NCBI GenBank assembly: GCA_016203765.1
Contig: JACQMB010000145.1
Span: 1,124-65,123 of the forward strand
Source: Deltaproteobacteria bacterium
GTDB taxonomy: Bacteria; UBA10199; SPLOWO2-01-44-7
Direction: 5' to 3'
DNA length: 64,000 nt
In this document: positions 17,431 through 25,270 of the stretch, in pieces
Layout of the letters: each line of letters starts with the position of its first letter
Numbering within the stretch: the first letter of the stretch is position 1
The notes under the pieces: generated by a model
Seen by the model: only the letters and a program-made list of their open reading frames with translations
The model's database searches: none
What the model was told of the DNA's origin: nothing
Made by a program: the position numbers and the translations under genes

Positions 17431-18361
17431 TTTTGATTTGTCGAAAGTCAAACCACTCGAGGAAGTGCTGAAATACCGGACTTTTTGCCTGGAGGCGGTC
17501 CGTCAATCCTGCCGGGGGGGGACGATACGGCGAAACCATTCTCCGGTCAGCGGGGCCCGGTTGCTTTCCTGGGGAACCGTGGACGGTTTGGAATACGGAA
17601 TTTGCCCGAAAACGGGGAGTCTTTTTCTGACGGAGATCCCTGCTCCCGCCGCGTGGGCTTCTCTGCTCGATAAGGTCAACCGGTACCGTAATGAGCAGGC
17701 CTTCGACGTTCATTTAAAACAGTCTCGTTTAACCAGCGTTTATGAACCCAAAAAGGCTTGGATTGAAGACACGCTCCGGTGGCATCACCTGGAGAGACCC
17801 AAGGTGCTTGAGGTGACGACCCCCCCCAGTGAGTTGACGGCCCTCTTGCAAACCAGTCCCCTGGTGGAGGAGGTTGTCGTCTGGAATGAGACGAACCCCC
17901 GCCCGGAAGGGCTTTGGCCGGAAGCGGCGGACGCGGCCATTCTTTTGGAATCGCTTGATCGCTCGGGGGATCCGGCGGCATTTTTAAAGCGCGTCCATGA
18001 AAGTTTGAAACCCGGCGGGCTCCTTTTTTTGACGGCCCTGCTCGCCTCCGGTTTCGACATGAAGGTGTTGGGGACAAAAAATCTCTATCTGTGCCCCCCC
18101 GACCGGACGAATTGCTTTAGCCTGAACGGATTAACGCAACTGCTGGCTCAATCCGGTTTTACCTTTATTGAGGTGAGTACTCCCGGCATCCTGGATGTGG
18201 AGATTGTCCGGGCCCATTGCTTGCAGGATCCGTCCATTCGCCTCTCTCCGTTTGAAACAACGTTGCTCGATGCCGATCCGGAAAAACTGTCGGCATTGCA
18301 AATATTTTTACAGCAGAGCAATGTAAGCTCGTTTGCCCGCGTGGTGGCCAAAAAGAACTAA
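17405..18361 (+). CDS. Putative SAM-dependent methyltransferase-like protein
   Basis: The methyltransferase-like post-I/II region AAILLESLDRSGDPAAFLKRVHESLKPGGLLFLT is present. Motif I is degenerate (VLEVTTPPSE), so the function is uncertain. Confidence 0.55.
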   Translation: MQSIQTCFNFDLSKVKPLEEVLKYRTFCLEAVRQSCRGGTIRRNHSPVSGARLLSWGTVDGLEYGICPKTGSLFLTEIPAPAAWASLLDKVNRYRNEQAFDVHLKQSRLTSVYEPKKAWIEDTLRWHHLERPKVLEVTTPPSELTALLQTSPLVEEVVVWNETNPRPEGLWPEAADAAILLESLDRSGDPAAFLKRVHESLKPGGLLFLTALLASGFDMKVLGTKNLYLCPPDRTNCFSLNGLTQLLAQSGFTFIEVSTPGILDVEIVRAHCLQDPSIRLSPFETTLLDADPEKLSALQIFLQQSNVSSFARVVAKKN

Positions 18362-18891
18362 TGGTTATTTGGGTGACAGGATTGTCCGGAGCGGGGAAAA
18401 CGACCCTTTGTCGCGCCCTCTATGACAGATTGAAAACACATATTCCTCAGCTGGTCTGGCTCGACGGGGATGTTGTGCGAAAGGCTTTTGGAAATGATTT
18501 GGGATATTCCGAAGAGGAAAGGCAGACACAATTGAAGCGTTTGCAAAATCTCGCCAAGGTTCTTTCCCATCAGGGGCTGGTTGTTTTGGTTGCCGTTTTG
18601 TATTCTCATCCCGACTTTTTAAAATGGAATCGGCAGAATTTTCCGGAGTATTTTGAAATCTATTTATCCGTGGCTCTCGATGTGTTGCGGCAAAGAGACG
18701 AGAAAGGACTTTACAACGGGTCCGTGAGAAACGTTGTCGGGCTTGATATCCCTTGGCACCCCCCCCAAACCCCGGCTTTGAAAATAAATGTTGATTATAA
18801 AATACCGCCCGAACGATTAGCGCTGGATGTTATCTCTGCTATTCCAAAACTGGCAGAATGCCTGGAAATGCCGAGGAGAAAAAGAATATGA
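18361..18891 (+). CDS. Adenylyl-sulfate (APS) kinase family protein
   Basis: It has the P-loop [11 protein letters not shown] and [21 protein letters not shown] (the LDGD motif). The usual FISP-type segment is replaced by LYSHP. It is translationally coupled to both neighbours (TAATG at the 5' end, ATGA at the 3' end). Confidence 0.75.
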   Translation: MVIWVTGLSGAGKTTLCRALYDRLKTHIPQLVWLDGDVVRKAFGNDLGYSEEERQTQLKRLQNLAKVLSHQGLVVLVAVLYSHPDFLKWNRQNFPEYFEIYLSVALDVLRQRDEKGLYNGSVRNVVGLDIPWHPPQTPALKINVDYKIPPERLALDVISAIPKLAECLEMPRRKRI

Positions 18892-20495
18892 AAAAAACGA
18901 CGCAGTTGCGGCAATTATTATTTTCAGAAAGTTTGGAATTTTTGTGCGAGGCCCACAATGGGTTGAGCGCTAAGATTGTCGAAGAAGCCGGTTTTAAAGG
19001 GATCTGGGGAAGCGGATTATCTCTCTCCGCGGCGATGGCCGTTCGAGATAATAATGAGGCCAGTTGGACGCAGATTTTGGAGACGGTGGAGTTTATGTCC
19101 GATGCCACATCCATTCCTGTCTTGCTGGATGGAGATACCGGATATGGGAATTTTAATAATGTCCGCCGCCTTGTTCAAAAACTCGAGCAAAGAGGCATCG
19201 GCGGTGTTTGCATCGAAGATAAGCTATTTCCTAAAACCAATAGTTTTCTGAGGGGGGAAAAACAGCCGCTGGCGACTCTGGAAGAATTTACGGGCAAAAT
19301 CAAAGCAGCCAAAGACTCTCAGCGAGACAGTGATTTTTGCCTGGTGGCTCGGACCGAGGCCTTTATTGCCGGGTGGGGGTTATTCGAGGCCTTGCGCCGC
19401 GCCGATGCCTATCATCGTGCCGGGGCGGATGCCATTTTGATTCATAGTAAACTTTCCAAGCCGGATGAAGTCTTGGCATTTAAGAAAGAGTGGGGTCGCC
19501 GTTCTCCGGTGGTGATTGTTCCTACGACCTATTACGCAACACCGATGGAGGTTTTCCAAGAAGCGGGTTTTAGTACCGTTATCTGGGCCAACATGATTTT
19601 GCGCAGTGCGATCACGGCCATGAAAGCCGTTGCCTCACAACTGAAAAGGGAAAATTCTCTTTTGAGTGTGGAGGATAAAATTGTGCCCGTCAAAGAAGTG
19701 TTTCGTCTCCAAGGGGATCAGGAGTTGGAAGAGGCGGAAAGACTTTATTTGCCAAGCGTCGCCTCGGAAACCAAGGCCGTTATTTTAGCCGCTTCTCGCG
19801 GGGAAGTCTTAGATGCGTTGACCCAAGAAAGACCGAAGGCCATGATCCCCGTTGGGGGAGAGCCCTTGTTATTTCGGCAGATCCGAACGCTGCAAGAGGC
19901 GGGCGTGAAAGACGTGACCGTGGTGCGGGGTTATTGCAAAGAGGTGATTGACGCCCCTGGCCTTCGCTACGTGGATAATGAGATTTATGCCTCATCCAAG
20001 GAACTGGTTTCCCTATGGAAGGGAATCCAAAATTTATCGGGGCCCGCATTTATCGCCTATGGGGACATCCTTTATAAGAAGTATGTTCCAACTTTGCTGT
20101 TGCAGGAGGAAGAGGATTTTGTCATCGCCGTCGATTCTGAATGGGAGAGGAGCGGCAATCGAAAAAGATATGCTGATTATGTCTCCTGCGACGTCCCTTA
20201 CCGGCGGACATTATTGGATCACCCCGTTTATCTGACGAGGATGGATGCAGATTTAGTGCCGGCAACCATTTGTGGAGAATGGATTGGTCTTCTGCGGGCT
20301 TCAGCGGAGGGGATAAAAATTATTCAAAAAATATTAGCCGAACTGTCTCAACAAGAAGCATTTTCAAAGATGCGTATGGCGCATCTGTTCAATGCATTGA
20401 GACAAAAAGGTTATAAGGCCAGGGTTCATTATATTCGAGGCCATTGGTTGGATGTCGATGACCTTACGGATCTCGTTACGGCACACGCCTTTTAG
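18888..20495 (+). CDS. aepX: Phosphoenolpyruvate mutase fused to a C-terminal nucleotidyltransferase domain
   Basis: The ATG at 18888 overlaps the upstream stop (ATGA). The N-terminal domain has LDGDTGYG and the PEP-mutase-discriminating [10 protein letters not shown] (EDK-X5-NS, nt 19215-19244). The C-terminal roughly 240 aa are NTP-transferase-like ([32 protein letters not shown]). Confidence 0.85.
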   Translation: MKKTTQLRQLLFSESLEFLCEAHNGLSAKIVEEAGFKGIWGSGLSLSAAMAVRDNNEASWTQILETVEFMSDATSIPVLLDGDTGYGNFNNVRRLVQKLEQRGIGGVCIEDKLFPKTNSFLRGEKQPLATLEEFTGKIKAAKDSQRDSDFCLVARTEAFIAGWGLFEALRRADAYHRAGADAILIHSKLSKPDEVLAFKKEWGRRSPVVIVPTTYYATPMEVFQEAGFSTVIWANMILRSAITAMKAVASQLKRENSLLSVEDKIVPVKEVFRLQGDQELEEAERLYLPSVASETKAVILAASRGEVLDALTQERPKAMIPVGGEPLLFRQIRTLQEAGVKDVTVVRGYCKEVIDAPGLRYVDNEIYASSKELVSLWKGIQNLSGPAFIAYGDILYKKYVPTLLLQEEEDFVIAVDSEWERSGNRKRYADYVSCDVPYRRTLLDHPVYLTRMDADLVPATICGEWIGLLRASAEGIKIIQKILAELSQQEAFSKMRMAHLFNALRQKGYKARVHYIRGHWLDVDDLTDLVTAHAF

Positions 20496-20503
20496 AAAAT
20501 CGC

Positions 20504-21667
20504 ATGATTCAAGCCAAAGACTTTATTGAACCGGCATTGGAGCGAGGATATCGCTTCTGGTCAGGCGTCCCTTGTTCTTTTTTAACGCCGTTTATTAACT
20601 ATGTCATCCAGAATAAAGAGCTCCGGTATGTGGGGGCCTCGAGCGAAGGGGAAGCCGTCGCGATAGCGATCGGTAGTTACCTGGCCGGCAATAAATCGGT
20701 GGCCATTTGCCAAAACTCCGGTCTAGGGAATATGGTCAATCCGTTGACAAGCCTCAATTATCCTTTTCGGATTCCTTTGCTTTTGATTGTGACGCACCGA
20801 GGAGCCCCTGGCATCCAAGATGAACCCCAGCATGTCTTGATGGGTCAAATTACGGAAAAATTGTTAGAAACGATGCGCATCCCTTACCTCCCCTTTCCTG
20901 AGGAAGGTCGGGATGTGCAAAGGACTCTGGCAGAAGTGGAAAATTATATTGAAAAAGAGAATCTGCCGTTCGCTTTGATTATGAAAAAGGATGCTGTCAC
21001 TTCCTATCCTTTAGAACAAAAAATCACGTTTCACCATTTTCCCGTCTCCCCTGTTGAGGGGAAATTTTATTGGTCCGGTGATTCCCGAATGCGCCGCTTG
21101 GAAGCGATTCAGATAATTAAGGAAACGGCATCGCAACGAGCCCTTCTGATAGCTACAACCGGAAAAACCGGTAGAGAACTGTTCGCATTGGGTCATCAAT
21201 CCAATCAAATTTATATCGTGGGCGGGATGGGATGTGCTGCCGGAATCGGGTTGGGATTGAGTCTCGGACAGCCTTCCAAAAAGGTTTTGGTTTTGGATGG
21301 AGACGGGGCGGTCTTAATGAAGATGGGCACTTTGGCAACGATAGGGCACTATCAGCCAAAAAATTTGATTCATATTGTTTTGGACAATGAGGCTCATGAA
21401 TCAACGGGGGCACAGTTTACGGTGTCGGGGAGCACAGATATCGCCTCTGTCGCCTCTGCCTGCCGCTACCGAAAGCTTTTTCGCTGCGATCAGGCAAAAG
21501 ACTTAAAAAGGTATTTGGATTTGGCCATGCAATCCGAGGGCCCTGTGATGATTCATGTCAAAATCGCCGTCGGATCGGACCCCAAGTTGGGCCGTCCCAC
21601 GTTGACGCCCCATGAAGTCAAAGATCAGTTTGTCCGCCGAATGAATAAAGAAAGGAGCGATTTATGA
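20504..21667 (+). CDS. aepY: Phosphonopyruvate decarboxylase (ThDP-dependent)
   Basis: Motifs are FWSGVPCSFLTPF, GEAVAIAIGSYLAG and the ThDP motif LDGDGAVLMKMGTLATIG...IVLDNEAHESTG. It lies immediately downstream of the PEP mutase. Confidence 0.85.
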   Translation: MIQAKDFIEPALERGYRFWSGVPCSFLTPFINYVIQNKELRYVGASSEGEAVAIAIGSYLAGNKSVAICQNSGLGNMVNPLTSLNYPFRIPLLLIVTHRGAPGIQDEPQHVLMGQITEKLLETMRIPYLPFPEEGRDVQRTLAEVENYIEKENLPFALIMKKDAVTSYPLEQKITFHHFPVSPVEGKFYWSGDSRMRRLEAIQIIKETASQRALLIATTGKTGRELFALGHQSNQIYIVGGMGCAAGIGLGLSLGQPSKKVLVLDGDGAVLMKMGTLATIGHYQPKNLIHIVLDNEAHESTGAQFTVSGSTDIASVASACRYRKLFRCDQAKDLKRYLDLAMQSEGPVMIHVKIAVGSDPKLGRPTLTPHEVKDQFVRRMNKERSDL

Positions 21668-23004
21668 TAACAAAAGACCCCACCTTTTTGAAACGCCAGG
21701 GGGCCAATTTTTTATCTCTGATCAATGATTTAAAAAGAAACCGAAAAGCGGCCGCCCAAGATTTGCAGGTTTCCCTTGAGACAATAGAGAAGATCATCGC
21801 CGGGGAAAGCGATATTCCTCCGGGATTGATTCAGAGAGCTACGGAAGTTTGGCCGGTGAATCGGCGCGATTTCATGATTATGGAAGATGATTGTCCGGAG
21901 GGGGTTTTGGTGATGCGGGGAGAGGCGTCTGAAAAAAGTTCCCGCATTTTTACCCGGGGGGGAGCGGATTATTATGAATATCGGGATACGGCCATGTCGA
22001 AAGTGGCCCCCTTTCGTCCTGAATGGATTTTGGAACTTTGCACGGTGGAGGACAATGACCCGAAAAATTCCAGTTTGCGGTGGAATAACGGCCACTTTAT
22101 GCATCAGTTTACGATGTTTGTGGGCCCGGTCAATTTTTATTATATTGAAGAGAACCAAAAAAAGGTGATGGTCGCAAACACGGGGGATTCCATGTACATT
22201 ACCCCCTTTGTCCCGCACACTTTTGCGACGAGACAAAGGCAAAAAGGTCTCATTCTGGCTTTGACCTATGGAAACAAATTGCTCGGAGACGTCCAACAGG
22301 AAATGTCGAGCCTGGGTGGAGATATTCCGGGCCAATTTCTTTTGGAAACACGAAGCCGAGACGCCTATTTTGCCTCTCTGTTACAATTGCAGATGGCCGC
22401 TTTAAGCCTCTCTGCGGAAGATTTGATTGTGCAGACCGGTTTGCCTGCCGATCGCGTTCACCGGTGGATAAAGGGTGAAGCCTTTCCAACTCCTGAAGAA
22501 TACGGGAGGTTGGCTGATCGTTTGAATGTGAATGTTTATGATTTAATGCCTCCCGACGCTTTTGATCCCGGAGTCATTGTTAGCTATTTGTCGCATTCCA
22601 AGCCTAGGCGGTATTTTAATTGCCAAATCAGAGAACTCGCTTCCATTCGCTATCTCCCTTACTCCAAGGCCCTTCTTCTGGATGTTTTGGAAAAGGCAGA
22701 GACGTTTCCCTTCAAAGTGCCCCTGCATCAATACTGCTATAATTTTGGAGATGTGTCGGTGACGCTCCGATGGGATTGGAAAGGACAGACCAGAGAAGTG
22801 GAAGTGGGTCCCAATGATTCGGTTTATGTGAAACCGTTTGTGCCTCACTCCTTTTCGCCTTGTGCGGCCAAGCCAGCTTCTTTGTTGAGTTTGCGCATCG
22901 GCGGAAAAGGCACTGGAGAGCCCCAAAGAGAACTGTCCCATATTGGAAAAAAGAATATCCAACGCATCTATCAAGAGTATTCACTTTGGTATAAGGAAGA
23001 ATAA
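21664..23004 (+). CDS. mpnS: MpnS/HEPD-family two-cupin non-haem iron oxygenase, residue pattern favouring methylphosphonate synthase
   Basis: It starts with an ATGA overlap and is 446 aa. It has two HTH-like plus cupin repeats (ANTGDSMYITPFVPHTFATR and VGPNDSVYVKPFVPHSFSP). The first cupin carries N141, H144, Q148, F158, I179 and H185. It sits between ppd and an iron ADH. The family call is stronger than the MpnS-versus-HEPD call. Confidence 0.6.
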   Translation: MITKDPTFLKRQGANFLSLINDLKRNRKAAAQDLQVSLETIEKIIAGESDIPPGLIQRATEVWPVNRRDFMIMEDDCPEGVLVMRGEASEKSSRIFTRGGADYYEYRDTAMSKVAPFRPEWILELCTVEDNDPKNSSLRWNNGHFMHQFTMFVGPVNFYYIEENQKKVMVANTGDSMYITPFVPHTFATRQRQKGLILALTYGNKLLGDVQQEMSSLGGDIPGQFLLETRSRDAYFASLLQLQMAALSLSAEDLIVQTGLPADRVHRWIKGEAFPTPEEYGRLADRLNVNVYDLMPPDAFDPGVIVSYLSHSKPRRYFNCQIRELASIRYLPYSKALLLDVLEKAETFPFKVPLHQYCYNFGDVSVTLRWDWKGQTREVEVGPNDSVYVKPFVPHSFSPCAAKPASLLSLRIGGKGTGEPQRELSHIGKKNIQRIYQEYSLWYKEE

Positions 23005-23007
23005 GCG

Positions 23008-23721
23008 ATGAAAGCCATTTTGCTCACCGCGGGACAAGGAAGCCGTTTGCTGCCCTATACGCAATCGATGCCAAAACATTTGCTCCCCCTCGGTTCCACC
23101 ACCATTATTCATCGAACAATCAAAATATTAAGGGATATCGGGATTCAAGACATTGCAATGGTCGTAGGTTATTTAAAGGAAAAATTTTATGAGGCCTTTC
23201 CTAAAGATATTCAATTTTATACCAATGAAGCTTATCCAGTCACCGACCAGGCCGCGAGTTTGGCGAAGGCAGTGGAGAAATTGGAAGATGATTTTTTGGT
23301 CATTGCAGGGGATTTATTTTGTCCCCGAAAGGTTTTTGTTCAGATATTGGAAAAACCCCATCCCATCTGTCTAGCCATTGAAAAAAGGAAAGGGCCATTT
23401 AATGACGTGACGGAAAAGGTCTGCACGAGAGGGGAGTCCATTTTTAAGATCGGGAAATTGAACGTTTTGAACGGAGAAGCCAATGGAGAATTTTTGGGAT
23501 TGACAAAGGTGAGAAAGGAAAAGGCGTCGTTTTTTCTCCGACATCTTAAAGCCGCGCTTTTAGAAAACCCCAGGAGCGCCATCATTCACGTCCATCAAAA
23601 AATAATCGATGCCGGATGTCCTCTTCCTTATATCCACTGCGGAGATTCCTGGTGTGAAATTGATGAGCCCGCCACCTGGAAAAAGGCAAAAGAGATTTTT
23701 CAAAAAACCCCTGATTACTGA
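23008..23721 (+). CDS. Nucleotidyltransferase (sugar-phosphate or phosphonate cytidylyltransferase-like)
   Basis: It has a canonical N-terminal signature: MKAILLTAGQGSRLLPYTQSMPKHLLPLG. Confidence 0.8.
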   Translation: MKAILLTAGQGSRLLPYTQSMPKHLLPLGSTTIIHRTIKILRDIGIQDIAMVVGYLKEKFYEAFPKDIQFYTNEAYPVTDQAASLAKAVEKLEDDFLVIAGDLFCPRKVFVQILEKPHPICLAIEKRKGPFNDVTEKVCTRGESIFKIGKLNVLNGEANGEFLGLTKVRKEKASFFLRHLKAALLENPRSAIIHVHQKIIDAGCPLPYIHCGDSWCEIDEPATWKKAKEIFQKTPDY

Positions 23722-23779
23722 GGAGCATGATTTAGATCATGTTGACTCTTGTTTGCATTAGTTCTAGCGGTGACCGGTT

Positions 23780-25270
23780 ATGGGAAACGTGCCTGCATGC
23801 CGGGTGCCCGTGACCCCTTCATTAGAAGCATTGTTAAATCCGGAACTCTTCAAAAAGGAACCGCTTTTCACCTCTCCTTTAAAACCGCCGCAAAAAGGGG
23901 AGAAGGTTCATCTCCTTTCAGAAGAGGACGTCAATGCCATTCGAAAACTAAGAGGGGCGGTGGTCGATCTCCATCCCGGAATGGGGGGCGTTACCCCGGA
24001 CAAGCTGATTGCCATGATCAAGAGCGGCATCCGATTGACTTCTATCGATTATATGATGACCCGGGGTTGTAATTTCGAATGCACTTGGTGTTTCGCGGGT
24101 TCGGGTCCTTTGCAAAAAGAATATCTTCCCTTTCAAAAACTAGCATCTATTACGCAAGAAGCGGCAAAGTTGGGCGTTACCCTTTTTATTTTAACGGGCG
24201 GAGAACCCCTTGTTTATCGGGACCCGGCGTTAGGGCAGCAGAAAGGCATTGGGGATCATTTTTTTAGAGTCGTGAAGATGATTCGAGATACTTACAGCCA
24301 ACAAGGCCTCTCCGCGAAAATATTGACCTTCGACGATGTCGCATTGATTTCTCCCGAGATTGCAAAGCGGTTTGCGGAATACGAAATAGGTCTCTGTACA
24401 AAAGGCGACACCCTTGCCCCCGAGCTCCAAGATTATAAAGTCAATCAGGTTGGGGCTTTTGACAAGATGCAAAGAGGTTATAAGAATCTTGTGGATGCCG
24501 GTTATGGAAGGGACCCAAGACTAAGAGTCGTCGTGAATTCTGTTTTGGATCACACCACCTTCGATGGCATGTTGGATTTGCATCTATGGGTTATGGAGAA
24601 TGGTTTTGATCATTCCATTGTCCCCGTTCATTATTGCGGCAATGCTGAAAATGAAGATCAAGAGGCAGGGGTTCACTCTCCTCATGTCAAGGTTTTGTAC
24701 GATGTTCTTTCTGAGATTGACAGGAAGCGCTTTGGCATTGAGTGGAAACCCTGGTCCGCCTTTCCTTACAATAAAACTTGCAACCGTAACCGCTCTGGGA
24801 TTCATATCCGGGCCAATGGCGATGTGACGGCTTGTTCCGAATCGCCGGGGCCTGAGCTAACTGGGCGTTACACTTTCGGTAATATTTTCGCCCCTGGTTT
24901 TTCTCTCGAAAAAGTTGTGAAGGATGAAAAGTTAGAAGCCTATCGAGAGGAGTTTAAGAGAGGATATGGGACCTTTGTTTGTTCTCCGGAGGTGTGTGAT
25001 CTGTACGCCCATGACCTTTGTTTGGGCGGGTGCGCCACCCGCTCCGCTTATTCCAAAATAGATATTCAAACGGGCCTCGTCGTTAAAAATGAAAATTTTC
25101 ACAATTACAGTGAGAAGAGAGAAGACCCCTTATGTCCTGCTTGGACTTTGTTGGCTATGCGCCAGGGGATTTTGAGAGAAGGTTTATTAGACAATATCCG
25201 GCATCGGATCATTTCCAGAAGTACAAGACTAAAAGATTTGGAAGGAATGGAACATTCCATTCCTTGTTAG
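23780..25270 (+). CDS. Radical SAM protein with C-terminal SPASM/twitch-like Cys cluster
   Basis: The CxxxCxxC motif is at residues 97-104 (RGCNFECTWCFAG). GGEPL is present. The C-terminal Cys-rich region is CSESPG...CSPEVCDLYAHDLCLGGCATRS. The start is uncertain because about 90 aa precede the cluster. Confidence 0.8.
   Translation: MGNVPACRVPVTPSLEALLNPELFKKEPLFTSPLKPPQKGEKVHLLSEEDVNAIRKLRGAVVDLHPGMGGVTPDKLIAMIKSGIRLTSIDYMMTRGCNFECTWCFAGSGPLQKEYLPFQKLASITQEAAKLGVTLFILTGGEPLVYRDPALGQQKGIGDHFFRVVKMIRDTYSQQGLSAKILTFDDVALISPEIAKRFAEYEIGLCTKGDTLAPELQDYKVNQVGAFDKMQRGYKNLVDAGYGRDPRLRVVVNSVLDHTTFDGMLDLHLWVMENGFDHSIVPVHYCGNAENEDQEAGVHSPHVKVLYDVLSEIDRKRFGIEWKPWSAFPYNKTCNRNRSGIHIRANGDVTACSESPGPELTGRYTFGNIFAPGFSLEKVVKDEKLEAYREEFKRGYGTFVCSPEVCDLYAHDLCLGGCATRSAYSKIDIQTGLVVKNENFHNYSEKREDPLCPAWTLLAMRQGILREGLLDNIRHRIISRSTRLKDLEGMEHSIPC

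Noticed and set aside
20504-21667. An alternative reading of the ThDP decarboxylase as a fused sulfopyruvate decarboxylase (ComDE). With the Ldh_2 (ComC-like) gene, the APS-kinase-like gene and the sulfotransferase, this would hint at sulfonate or coenzyme-M-like chemistry.
   Set aside because: The gene is separated by only an 8-nt gap from a PEP mutase carrying the EDK-X5-NS motif and is followed by an HEPD/MpnS-family gene. No ComA/ComB-like genes were seen, so the phosphonate reading is far more parsimonious.
21664-23004. A reading of this ORF as an XRE-type transcriptional regulator with a cupin sensor domain, because HTH-like segments precede each cupin.
   Set aside because: The duplicated HTH-cupin architecture, the length of about 450 aa and the position between ppd and the iron ADH are characteristic of the HEPD/MpnS/HppE enzyme family, not of regulators.
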